From a bacterium (GTDB taxonomy: Bacteria; SAR324; JACQKK01): a stretch of DNA of 64,000 nucleotides. The notes beneath the pieces are model-generated. The model made no database searches. It saw nothing but the letters and a program-made list of their open reading frames with translations, and was not told the DNA's origin. The first letter of the stretch is position 1, and every line of letters starts with the position of its first letter. A program made the position numbers and the translations under genes. This document shows positions 19,496 to 28,899 of this stretch, piece by piece. The DNA lies in contig CBDBIG010000003.1 in the NCBI GenBank assembly GCA_965205845.1, forward strand, positions 110,040 through 174,039, in the 5' to 3' direction.

Positions 19496-20479
19496 CTAGA
19501 ATAACTTTAACACTTTATTCACATCCACCTTAATAAAGATCTCATACCTCATGCTAGCACCTTCATATAAATAGCGCTGAAGCTTTGCGACACCCTTTAT
19601 TTCTTCCCCAGAAATACTGATAAGCAAAACATCACCGTGTTTTACCTTGCCCCATTTAAACAAGGCGTTGATGTTGTTTACCTTTTCACCATCATGAAAA
19701 ATATGCACATCGAGGCCAGCATACTTTGCTTTGTAACTCTCAACAATGTTTTTCCACGCCTCCACGTTTCCATTATGAAACAACTCATTGGTAACCTGCA
19801 CGCTATACTTCGGGGTCATGACAATCTTCTTCCCTGAACTCGTCGCTTTGGGGGGAGGCGATTTCCCCTTAACAGCAGGTTTTCTGGCTGGCACAGCTGT
19901 GGATTTAGAATGTGCAGCAGATTTGCTGGCAGCAGAGGTAATTTTAGGTTTGGGTGCAGGTTTAGGTCTTGGTGGAGCTCCGCCTAAGTTTTCCAACCCA
20001 CTCGGAGTAAGGCCTTCCAATACGGCAAAAAGAGCTCTCGCGGCTCTCTGCTCAAGATCAGCATCCTGAACATCGTACGCTTTAGCGTACACCACCATCA
20101 ACTCATCGGGCGTAACCTCTTGTACGTTTTCCCAATGTTTTTTTACCTTTGGGTTAATCAAAGTCACACCCATTTGCGGTTGATGGTACGCCACAACCAT
20201 GTCGACACGATTCCACTTGGACACCACTTCACACAACGCGTCAAAATCGTTGTACCTTTCGCGCACATTGCGCGACACCACCGTATACCCCATCCGCTCA
20301 ATAATTACAGCATTGAGCAAAGGCCCTATTTGCATCTTACTGACATTGTCCATTGCGTCAATAATGTTTGCTAAATTGCTGGTTTTCAACATCCTAACAA
20401 TGCCGGTCACCAAACGAAAATGCCCCAGCGAGCGATTGAACCCTCCACGGCTGCTCAAAGAAGAAAAATCATTAATCAC
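19496..20479 (-). CDS. Uncharacterised 327-aa two-domain protein with Pro/Lys/Ala/Ser-rich linker
   Basis: ORF between paralogue B and the PPDK-like gene. ~165-aa N-domain, linker GGAPPRPKPAPKPKITSAASKSAAHSKSTAVPARKPAVKGKSPPPKATSSGKK, ~100-aa C-domain. No motif I recognise. Confidence 0.7.
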   Translation of the reverse strand: MINDFSSLSSRGGFNRSLGHFRLVTGIVRMLKTSNLANIIDAMDNVSKMQIGPLLNAVIIERMGYTVVSRNVRERYNDFDALCEVVSKWNRVDMVVAYHQPQMGVTLINPKVKKHWENVQEVTPDELMVVYAKAYDVQDADLEQRAARALFAVLEGLTPSGLENLGGAPPRPKPAPKPKITSAASKSAAHSKSTAVPARKPAVKGKSPPPKATSSGKKIVMTPKYSVQVTNELFHNGNVEAWKNIVESYKAKYAGLDVHIFHDGEKVNNINALFKWGKVKHGDVLLISISGEEIKGVAKLQRYLYEGASMRYEIFIKVDVNKVLKLF

Positions 20480-20540
20480 TGATCACCCTAAATAAAACCT
20501 TTCCTATCAACTATCAATAGCCCATGAAGAAAATGAAACC

Positions 20541-22364
20541 TCAAGAATTCGCTGCTTCCCCCCCAAACGCATCGCTACCCTCATCCTTGATGTTGGCGTG
20601 TCTGCGGCTTCCAGTAACTACAGGCTGCCTATAGCCACTCGAAATGCGTGACAAAAACTCGCTCATCACATTCGACATTCCAGCAACAGTCACCTGCCGG
20701 CGCTTGATGCTCGTCAGTTTGAGTTGAATCATCAACCCTGGCTGCAAGTGGTATGGGTTCACAACACTCGAAAAACGAATAAACTCATCCTCTAAAAAAA
20801 ATAACCTGCTCTCGACAACTTCTCTATTTACTGGATGACGTTTCCCAAAAATTTGCGTTAGGCGCCTTCTAATAATCAAGAAACGCTCGCGAAACTCCGT
20901 GCTTAACTCTTCATAAGTGCGATTCATCTCCTCCAAGGTGCTTAGCTCACGCTGAATAAACACCACTTCATTCCATTTGCGATTCGGTTCAACGCTTTCA
21001 TCGCGATGAAACCAACCAGAACCCCCGCGACCTACCGTCTCACTCACAACATCACCCCAGTCGCGTAAATGGCTAGAAGTTTTCTCTTCGAGGTACACCT
21101 GTTCAACCACATTCCAAAGGCGCATTATCTCGCGTTGAAATTCGAGCAGTTGTGCAGTATAGGCAGCCTTTTGGGCTCGCATTCCATCCGCATCTACGTA
21201 TTCCATGTAAATCTCAAAACGCTCATCAGGCAACGTATCTTGCAGTGTGCTTTCATACTCACGCAACACCATTTTACGCGCCAAGCGATAGTTTTCAATA
21301 TGCTGATAACCCATGCGGCAGTTGTCTAAAATCGAGGTGATCGAATTAATTGCCGTATACCAACCGCGGGTGCGCAACGCTTCATGCTCAAGCATCTCAC
21401 TTGATGCCACTTCAAAAGTGAGCGGATCAGCCCCTTCACCACGCAAATCGGGCGTAATATTGCGAATACGCTCAAGCATGTCCTGGGAAAGCAGCTGATT
21501 AATGAGCGCATTGTCACCATCCTCCACAGCCAACCCCTGCTCGACCGCTTTTAATTTTTCAAACACCGCCTCGTTCGGGCTCAAAGCTTTGCGCCCCTCG
21601 CCTTCCAATTGGCGATTAATCTCGTCAATTTCCTTATCTACAAGTTCTCGCAAGCGCTTGGCAACCACATCTTTAATCAAAAATTCTGTGGGCAACAAAT
21701 GGTGTACAATCGGGGATATCAACTCAGATTCCAACACATTAATTGCAATATCAATGTCCACGACCTCTTCTGGTTTTCGCACATTGTCATGGAAACTGGC
21801 TCTCACCACCGCATACGCATTGGCACCATTGATAAAGCCTCCCACGTCAGACTGCCTGGTTAAAATCCGAATGGTCGCGTTTTCAAAATCGGCGGAACCA
21901 CGCGCAACATGACCTTGCAAATGCCCCATAATATTCACCGTGGATTTCTCGACCTCGGCGGTGTTGAAATCAGCACCACCCATTTGATTCAACAACCCAG
22001 CCACTTCCCGCGGCGTATAGCGATTCAATGCGTGATGTTCCTCTTTGTCCACCATATCGCGCACCTTCTTAGACATCTCATCTTCAACGGTGGTCAGGTA
22101 GCGGCTGAGCATATTTTGCATGCTTTGGTTAAAATAGGTATGCAAATGCGACTTTACATTCCCCTGCACAGTCATGTCTTGCAACACTTCAGGAGGCAGT
22201 TTGGCTTGAATATGGTTGAGAATCTTATCCACCTCTTCATCAATCATCGACCGTGATTCCACGTATTCATCGCGGTCATCACGGTTTACGCTGTTGCGAG
22301 ACCCTACCGCGCTAGGCGTCTCTGGATGAATTAAATTTGGTCCTCTGCGAAAATCACTACCCAT
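20541..22364 (-). CDS. Uncharacterised 607-aa cytoplasmic protein, paralogue B
   Basis: Full-length paralogue of ORF 14713..16659 (see that entry). First gene of the co-directional module. Confidence 0.85.
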   Translation of the reverse strand: MGSDFRRGPNLIHPETPSAVGSRNSVNRDDRDEYVESRSMIDEEVDKILNHIQAKLPPEVLQDMTVQGNVKSHLHTYFNQSMQNMLSRYLTTVEDEMSKKVRDMVDKEEHHALNRYTPREVAGLLNQMGGADFNTAEVEKSTVNIMGHLQGHVARGSADFENATIRILTRQSDVGGFINGANAYAVVRASFHDNVRKPEEVVDIDIAINVLESELISPIVHHLLPTEFLIKDVVAKRLRELVDKEIDEINRQLEGEGRKALSPNEAVFEKLKAVEQGLAVEDGDNALINQLLSQDMLERIRNITPDLRGEGADPLTFEVASSEMLEHEALRTRGWYTAINSITSILDNCRMGYQHIENYRLARKMVLREYESTLQDTLPDERFEIYMEYVDADGMRAQKAAYTAQLLEFQREIMRLWNVVEQVYLEEKTSSHLRDWGDVVSETVGRGGSGWFHRDESVEPNRKWNEVVFIQRELSTLEEMNRTYEELSTEFRERFLIIRRRLTQIFGKRHPVNREVVESRLFFLEDEFIRFSSVVNPYHLQPGLMIQLKLTSIKRRQVTVAGMSNVMSEFLSRISSGYRQPVVTGSRRHANIKDEGSDAFGGEAANS

Positions 22365-23515
22365 GACGTTTCCTGCATATTATTGAAGTCAGATACGGTT
22401 ATTTGGTTCGAGAGTTCGAGCATAGCGGCACAAGCGCACCAAATGCCAGCACCCAATCGATGGATGCCCTCTTTATCCCAAAATCAAATGAAAACTGGCT
22501 CTCATCATATCACTGTTCGTTACAACGGATTGCCCACAGCAACAATCAACCGATGATTACAAAGCAACCCTGCTCCCACCAATACCTGCATGGAAGCGAG
22601 CATGTCCAGCAAAAAATGAGGCCCCCACGCTGCTTATAATGAAAGCACAAACCCTTTGAACCATCCATCCAAGCGGGCATTGTCGCCTACACGCGCATAA
22701 TAGGCACATCACGCATTATGGTGCTAGCAAAATTTTACCTCAGGAGCCAATTTTTTATTACCCAATTTGTACGTAGCAACTCAAGATCGCATATTGTGCT
22801 TGTTCACCAAGCCCATGCGGTAAGGTCAAAGCAGCTATGCCAAAACCGTCATTTCAGCCTAATCTCTAATTAACACGCACCTGACTACCCACCTCCGAGT
22901 ATTGCAAATACCCCAACCATTGGCGACACACCATAACCGCACCTCAACACAAAAAATAAGTCCCATCCTCAATATTGCAAAACCTCAGCAAAGGGATGGC
23001 ACCCATTCCCAGCAACCATAGCAGCTTTATTCTTGTTCATCATCATTTTGATGGGGGATTGATTTCCTGCGTTGTCTCGTCCTCTAGCCAACCTTTCCCT
23101 TTGCAAAGATCGCAAAGGCGTTTGGAGCAGAGTGTGCTTTTTGGATGCTGACCTTAATAGTTTATTGAAGATCTATCTGATCGAGCGAGGATGCGTTATG
23201 CAGTAGAAAACATGAACACCAAATGGTTGTGCCAATTTGTGTTCGCCCTTGATTTTTGGGGAGATGTCCCTTGGGTAATTAATGTTAGTCTGGGGATGTC
23301 CCGGCACACGCTCAAGTTGTGGTGAGGTCAACCCCTGTTTGAAATAGCCTGTAAACATAGTTTGCACGCTGGCCGTGCCATGGTTTTCCGTCGCTGTCAA
23401 TCCGATGAACTTGAAGGTGGTGTGGGCTATTGCGGCGGTGATGGAATGGAATGAGGTGCGAGACACAAAACAACGGGTTTAAGCCAAAAACAATGGGCGA
23501 TGGTTTAACGTTTCC

Positions 23516-24115
23516 TTAGCTTCGAAGTTTCATGACGACGCGTTTCCCTATTGCCAGCAGGGCACAGCCCATTATGAGAAACTGGGTCACAAGCAAAAGG
23601 GCCGTTTTGGTTTGTGTAAACAGTGACGCACTTTGTACCTGAACTTCTGAAATATTTGGATATTGTAGCAACATCTTCGTGACCTGGATGTTCTCGCCAA
23701 GGTCAGTAATCCCTGCTACGACAGGGATGATGGCCAGCCAACCGAGGAATTCGTTTGCACGGAACCGGTAAATTATTCCGGCGAAAAAGGTTGTATAGAT
23801 CAGTGGAAACAGGGTGTCCAAAGTGGGACTGACCATTGAATAAATGCGCCGTCCGTCTTCGCCGTACTGGGTCATCAGTTTATGAACAAGCGCAAAATCA
23901 TACTGAGGTTGTCGATCAAGGCTCTCGCCACCGATAGGGATGTTGGGAAAGATCACCAGAGCAAAGAGAAGGGTTCCGATGAAAGTCAATATCAGAATTT
24001 TAGTTTTTGCAGCGAACTGAAAGTAGAGAGTCATTTTAACACCCTTTGTTTTAATGGGACCAGTATCTTTCGATGGGGTCAAGGCGTTGAAATTTACGCG
24101 TCTCATTTTCCACAT
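23516..24115 (-). CDS. Small integral membrane protein (4-5 predicted TM segments)
   Basis: Hydrophobic stretches ILILTFIGTLLFALVIF, LFPLIYTTFFAGIIY, GWLAIIPVVAGI, ALLLVTQFLIMGCALLAI. The probable start is the ATG at 24034 (MTLYFQF). Confidence 0.55.
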   Translation of the reverse strand: MWKMRRVNFNALTPSKDTGPIKTKGVKMTLYFQFAAKTKILILTFIGTLLFALVIFPNIPIGGESLDRQPQYDFALVHKLMTQYGEDGRRIYSMVSPTLDTLFPLIYTTFFAGIIYRFRANEFLGWLAIIPVVAGITDLGENIQVTKMLLQYPNISEVQVQSASLFTQTKTALLLVTQFLIMGCALLAIGKRVVMKLRS

Positions 24116-24178
24116 CTGGACTCCAACTCACCGCGGGCCAGCCCCCTGCATGGAACGCCCATTTTTCGGCTAAACCCA

Positions 24179-24204
24179 TGGCGTGGTTGGGGTTGGAGCA
24201 TGCT
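24179..24204. repeat. 26-bp sequence TGGCGTGGTTGGGGTTGGAGCATGCT, copy 1 (inverted partner at 33078-33103)
   Basis: Perfect reverse-complement match, checked base by base. Confidence 0.95.
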
Positions 24205-24211
24205 TAGGGCT

Positions 24212-24381
24212 GCGGCACACCCCCTGCCAAAAAGCCAATGCCCTTCACAAGATATCCTTGGCTATACACACGGGGCATCTACCTGGTGGTAAGCAGCGGC
24301 ACACCCCCTGCCAAAAAGCCAATGCCCTTCACAAGATATCCTTGGCTATACACACGGGGCATCTACCTGGTGGTAAGCAGC
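24212..24381. repeat. Tandem array, 84-bp unit x 2
   Basis: GCGGCACACCCCCTGCCAAAAAGCCAATGCCCTTCACAAGATATCCTTGGCTATACACACGGGGCATCTACCTGGTGGTAAGCA starts at 24212 and again at 24296. Confidence 0.95.
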
Positions 24382-24449
24382 GATTTCTATGCAAAAAAGG
24401 GGGTTCCTCCGACCTTGGCAAACTTCCCTTTTGGGTGAGCGCGCTCCTT

Positions 24450-25868
24450 TTAACTTGATGCCGGAGGTAGCGTAACTGAAGTGGGACCGACAGAGTCTTG
24501 AAACTGGTCTGGAAAGGTGCCACTTCGCTTTCTACCATATTTCCCCCAACAAAAAACATCGCCATTTTCAACAAGGGCACAGCTGTGATAGTGCGATGCA
24601 GACACTGCTTCCACCTGAGGGTTAGCCCCTGGCATCGACACGGATACAGGCAAAGATGGGGAAGGGGTGTTGCCATCACCTAGTTGGCCGTGGTTGTTGC
24701 GCCCCCAGCACATGGCGCGGCCCTCTACCACGGCACAACTGTGATAATAACCAGCACTCACTGCTTCCACCTGAGGGTTAGCCCCTGGCATCGACACGGA
24801 TACAGGCAAAGATGGGGAGGCGGTGTTGCCATTGCCTAACTGACCGTAGTCGTTGCGCCCCCAGCACATGACACCCGTATTCAATTCGCCACTCTTTTTT
24901 ACCAAGGCGCAGGCATGGTTCCCGCCCAACGAGATAGCCTTGACACCACTCTCAAGCCCTTGCACTTGTGTAGGGGTGTAAGACGAAGAACCAGCGGTGG
25001 CAGATCCAAGCATCCCATACGAATTTATCCCCCAACATTTGGCTGCTCCATCGATGATGGCACAGGCACTTGTGGAACCTATGTCAATCGCACGCACCCC
25101 GCTCGATAAACCTGTTGAGGATACGGAATAAAATCCAGCCTCTTTCCTTCCATTGCCCAGTTGACCATGGACGTTATTGCCCCAACACATGGCCTCCTCG
25201 TCGAGGATGGCACAAGCACTCCTGGGGCCAATGCTTACGCCACTTACCCCACGGGGTAGATTTTTCACATACCTCCCCTCCCATCTGGAATCGACCGGAT
25301 CAGAGGGATTCTCCGCCTTGAAATCATCATAAAAACCCTTTCCCCAACAGATAACGCGGCCATCACGGATAACACAACCATGCTGAGATCCGTTGGCAGA
25401 TATCGCGGTAATTGTGGATGCCGCCTTGGTTGTGGACGCCGGTTGGGGTGGCATGGTAACTTCGCGCGCCTCGATGGCTGCGGGTAATCTCGAAGAAGAG
25501 ACACGCAAGCAAAACACGCGATTGCTTTTAAGTACGCACGCCCTCTTGTCATTTCTGCTCATCATAACAAGCTCCTCAAGCAAAGGGCCAATAGGTGCCG
25601 CCCCACCTGAGCCTCCCGTCAAATTATCCTCCGGGATGGCGTTCGAGGCACCGGAGGCAGATGATGCCTCATCTGTGTTTGCAACAGGGGAACCACCACC
25701 TTCGGAGCAACTAAATAGAAAAAGGGCACCCGTGAACACCACAGCGAGGGCAATGTTTTTGGAGGGTATGCCTCGTAAACTGCAGCAGGATTTTTGTAAA
25801 AACATTAGAAACAATCTTTCTTCATAATTAACACGATACAATGTACGGTGCAGACCAACGCGGTTCAC
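24450..25868 (-). CDS. RCC1-repeat (beta-propeller) lipoprotein
   Basis: Lipobox ALFLFS|C. Repeated CWG(R/N)N.(Y/H)GQLG(N/D)G blades (CWGNNVHGQLGNG, CWGINSYGMLGS, CWGRNDYGQLGNG, CWGRNNHGQLGDG). Likely start is the ATG at 25805. Confidence 0.8.
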   Translation of the reverse strand: MNRVGLHRTLYRVNYEERLFLMFLQKSCCSLRGIPSKNIALAVVFTGALFLFSCSEGGGSPVANTDEASSASGASNAIPEDNLTGGSGGAAPIGPLLEELVMMSRNDKRACVLKSNRVFCLRVSSSRLPAAIEAREVTMPPQPASTTKAASTITAISANGSQHGCVIRDGRVICWGKGFYDDFKAENPSDPVDSRWEGRYVKNLPRGVSGVSIGPRSACAILDEEAMCWGNNVHGQLGNGRKEAGFYSVSSTGLSSGVRAIDIGSTSACAIIDGAAKCWGINSYGMLGSATAGSSSYTPTQVQGLESGVKAISLGGNHACALVKKSGELNTGVMCWGRNDYGQLGNGNTASPSLPVSVSMPGANPQVEAVSAGYYHSCAVVEGRAMCWGRNNHGQLGDGNTPSPSLPVSVSMPGANPQVEAVSASHYHSCALVENGDVFCWGKYGRKRSGTFPDQFQDSVGPTSVTLPPASS

Positions 25869-26315
25869 GCTATGTCACACAAACCAAGATTCATGCAACA
25901 ACAACACCATTGCTCATCAAAGCAGCAAAAACACTCGCGCACCCTTTAGTACACAAAAGAGCAAAAACGCAACCCCGACGTACCAATATACAGTGAATAA
26001 ATCAAAACCGTAAGACAAACTATAAAAATTACAGCCCCCCACCCATATCGACGCACACTCCATTCGAATCCAAACCATCTACAACCCGCCCAAATAGAGA
26101 CACACTGAGAAGATGCAATGAGAAACCGACGACCTCTATGCCTTGGATGCCAAGCGCACGGGTATAAACCGTCCACATGCCCCTACCCACGGTTATCCTG
26201 CAAAGGGTCAGCGGTGCTTCGGGATTCGAAGCTTGGCTAAGCCTGTGGTCGCAAAACCATGCGTGCAAAAAACCGGCTCGCGCAATCCCCGCAAACCCAC
26301 GGCAATGGTTAAGCC

Positions 26316-26437
26316 AGGGTATCCCCCCTTATAAACAAAGCTTTGCCCCCCCCGCGCACCCCCTTGGCTTATTCAGGAGGGTATCCCCCCTTATAAACAA
26401 AGCTTTGCCCCCCCGCACCCCCTTAAAGCCTATTCAG
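26316..26437. repeat. Tandem array, ~60-62-bp unit x 2
   Basis: GGGTATCCCCCCTTATAAACAAAGCTTTGCCCCCC..GCACCCCCTT..ATTCAGG occurs at 26316 and 26378. The second copy overlaps the stop codon of the 26430..27860 gene. Confidence 0.9.
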
Positions 26438-27860
26438 GCACGCCAGGGAACTCTAAAAAGGGGGCGTTCTCGAGGGTTTCTGTGGGGTCGTTGCCATAGA
26501 TTTTGTCGCCATTACCAAAGCCCAGTTCAGCCTCGGTTAAGCCCCCAGCGATTCCAATACCCAAGTTGTTTGTCGTACCGGTAGAACGGGGCATGTTATT
26601 GCCCACACATTTAAGATTGCCTACGTAGTTAAAGCATAGCCCATCCTTATCGCCGTGTATGGCAACCACACGCGCATTGTGAAACACCCTGGTTGGGCGC
26701 AGAAGGTTGTTTGTATTCCCCAGCCGGTAAATGTCATCGGCGGGGTTGCTGTTGGAACCCCAGCAAAACACCTCAAGCTGCGCGTTGATGGTGCAAGTTC
26801 TGTCTTCAGGCGTAATAATACCCAAAACCCTCCCCAACGAGGCAGCTTTTGCAGGAGGCACTACCTTGACGGGGCGCGATGCGGACCGGGTGCTGCCATT
26901 GCCCACTTCGCCCTTAATGTTTTCCCCCCAACAATACACCGTGGTTGCTTCACCAAGCGCGGCGCAAGTGTGCCTTTTGCCGGCAGATGCTGTGCGGACA
27001 TCGCTTAAAAAACCATCTCCACTGGGGGTGCGCACCCTGCCTGGTGGCGCCGAAGATCTATCACTTGTATTACCTCGACCCAAATAATGGCCTCTAACGG
27101 GGAAAAAACCACTTCTCCAGGTCACCAAGGTAGCATCGCGCATTAACACCACCCAGCCACTGATAAGGCGCGCAGCACCCCTTAGTGTTTCTTGACTTCC
27201 CATTGGGCGGTCGGCCGCCTCAACGGCCAAAGGCGTCGGGGAGCCCTCGTTTGGCGAGGCCCCCGGTACCGCGGGCACTGAGCCTGGGCCAACGCCAAGG
27301 CGATAGTGAGTGCTGGAACCGCCCCAGCAGGCAACCTCGCCTTGGTCGCCAAACACGGCACAAAAGGTCCCATTTCCCGCTGCAATGGAGGTAACCCCCG
27401 TTAGGGTGCCCATATCCCCTAACCTCACCACAGGTCCGGGAACGGGTGTGTAGGAACGACCGGCAGGTGGCGGTAGCCTAATTATACCACGCCCCAATTG
27501 GTAATATTCGTTATTGCCTCTACCAGCATCTTTACCTCCCCAGCATTGGAGCCCACCGTTGATTAGGCGCGCACAAAGCGTGTGTTCTGTTGCCGCCATT
27601 TGAACAATGTCTGCCGTGTTGAAACCCTCCAAGGTAACAAGTACTGGGCGGGTGGGGTAGGGACCATTTGAATATACCGTTGCTGGAAGCCCAGCATACT
27701 GTCCCCAACAATACAACGGACCATGGCTCCATTTCACACACTTGCCACTCCCTCGGTGGACCACCACGGACTCGATAAATAATTTCTCGCGTCTATCTTG
27801 GCCTGGCGTAAAGCAGCTGGCCACAAGCAATAAAAGGCTCAATTTGAGGGCAAGGCGCAT
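26430..27860 (-). CDS. RCC1-like repeat lipoprotein
   Basis: Signal/lipobox MRLALKLSLLLLVAS|C. Degenerate RCC1 blades (CWGGKDAG..YYQLGRG, CWGGSSTHYRLGVG, CWGENIKGEVGNG, CWGSNSNPADDIYRLGN). Confidence 0.75.
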   Translation of the reverse strand: MRLALKLSLLLLVASCFTPGQDRREKLFIESVVVHRGSGKCVKWSHGPLYCWGQYAGLPATVYSNGPYPTRPVLVTLEGFNTADIVQMAATEHTLCARLINGGLQCWGGKDAGRGNNEYYQLGRGIIRLPPPAGRSYTPVPGPVVRLGDMGTLTGVTSIAAGNGTFCAVFGDQGEVACWGGSSTHYRLGVGPGSVPAVPGASPNEGSPTPLAVEAADRPMGSQETLRGAARLISGWVVLMRDATLVTWRSGFFPVRGHYLGRGNTSDRSSAPPGRVRTPSGDGFLSDVRTASAGKRHTCAALGEATTVYCWGENIKGEVGNGSTRSASRPVKVVPPAKAASLGRVLGIITPEDRTCTINAQLEVFCWGSNSNPADDIYRLGNTNNLLRPTRVFHNARVVAIHGDKDGLCFNYVGNLKCVGNNMPRSTGTTNNLGIGIAGGLTEAELGFGNGDKIYGNDPTETLENAPFLEFPGVPE

Positions 27861-28899
27861 GGTATTTTTTTAAAACCCTTCCTTGTGAAAAGAAACCCAG
27901 GCATAACACCAGATGGTAGCATACTATCACTTGCCGCTAAAAAATACAAACAAAAATGGGTCTACATCCCAATGCCCGTTTCGCAAAAACTCCCTTGCCT
28001 CATCGCGGGTTGGCAAAACGCGGTGGATGCTGCCCCATGCAAAGCGTTTGTTTTTGGGAAGCACCGATGCAGTGCACCAACTAACCCCTGAGAAGAACTA
28101 CAGTGCCAATACGTTAAGCGTGCCCAGCATTCGCGAGGTAAGCCGTTTACCTTGTGCGAACGTGCCCCCTTGCATAAGGGGGCGACAACCCCCGTAATAG
28201 TACAACGTTGCTGCCACCGCAGCAAGCTGGCGGGTTGGCTGATGAGCCTCAGCCCGCACAAAGTAAGGCCTGAGGTAAAACCCAGACTGCTGGCCTACCA
28301 AGCCGAGTGCGATGATCCCCTTTGAAACTACTGGAGTAAAGACCGTGTGAGGAGCCCTTGCTTTATCCCTGTTTAGACTAGGGCTGCACGTTACCGCTTC
28401 GACCAGTGCCTGTAGTTGTCAAGTTAAAGGTTGGCGGGTGTTGTGCGGTCCCAAATGTAGATTGGCAGATGCTAGAAACGGAAATAATAGATATTAGCAG
28501 TTGCAGGATTTACATTTGCATGACGACCGTACTATTGCTAGTGCGTTTGGAATGTGGTGATTATACGCCCGCATTTTTTATCCCAACCTTGATCACTGAG
28601 GGCACATGGGGCCTATGCCGCCACCTGGTACCCATCGCCGATTGGCGCGAGGGCACAACAATGCAGCGTTACCCCACGGCACGCAAAATGCGTGCAGCAA
28701 TGCAGACTGTGTGCAACTTGAGGGAGAATGTTGGTAAGGTGGCTATTGCGAGATGTTCCTTACTAAAGGCAACCTGGGTCGTTGTGGCTTGCTTTAAAGC
28801 ATTCATGCGTATTTTTGTGCGTGCACTGAAGATGGTTTATTGTGTTGATTCGGTTTTTCGTGTTTATATCTGCTATGGTCGCGTCTTAATAAATGTGTG

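Noticed and set aside
14713-22364. Numerous plus-strand ORFs of 60-150 aa inside the module genes (e.g. 17186..17635, 17544..17990, 21502..21912, 21909..22256)
   Set aside because: They are antisense to long, paralogue- or homology-supported genes and have low-complexity composition. They are shadow ORFs.
23173-23466. 97-aa minus-strand ORF, considered as a transposase or integrase fragment because it sits near repeats
   Set aside because: It has no DDE, tyrosine-recombinase or other motif I can recognise, and a non-ATG start. The evidence is insufficient to call it.
27861-28420. ORF-poor ~550-bp region with a GC hairpin (GCCCCCTT-GCAT-AAGGGGGC at 28164-28183), examined as a possible structured RNA (RNase P, tmRNA, SRP, cobalamin riboswitch)
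   Set aside because: I could not find the diagnostic conserved blocks on either strand: GGAAAGTCCGG for RNase P, a tRNA-like TTCGA..CCACCA end for tmRNA, or a B12 box. The hairpin lacks a U-tract. The region is left unannotated; a covariance-model scan would be needed.
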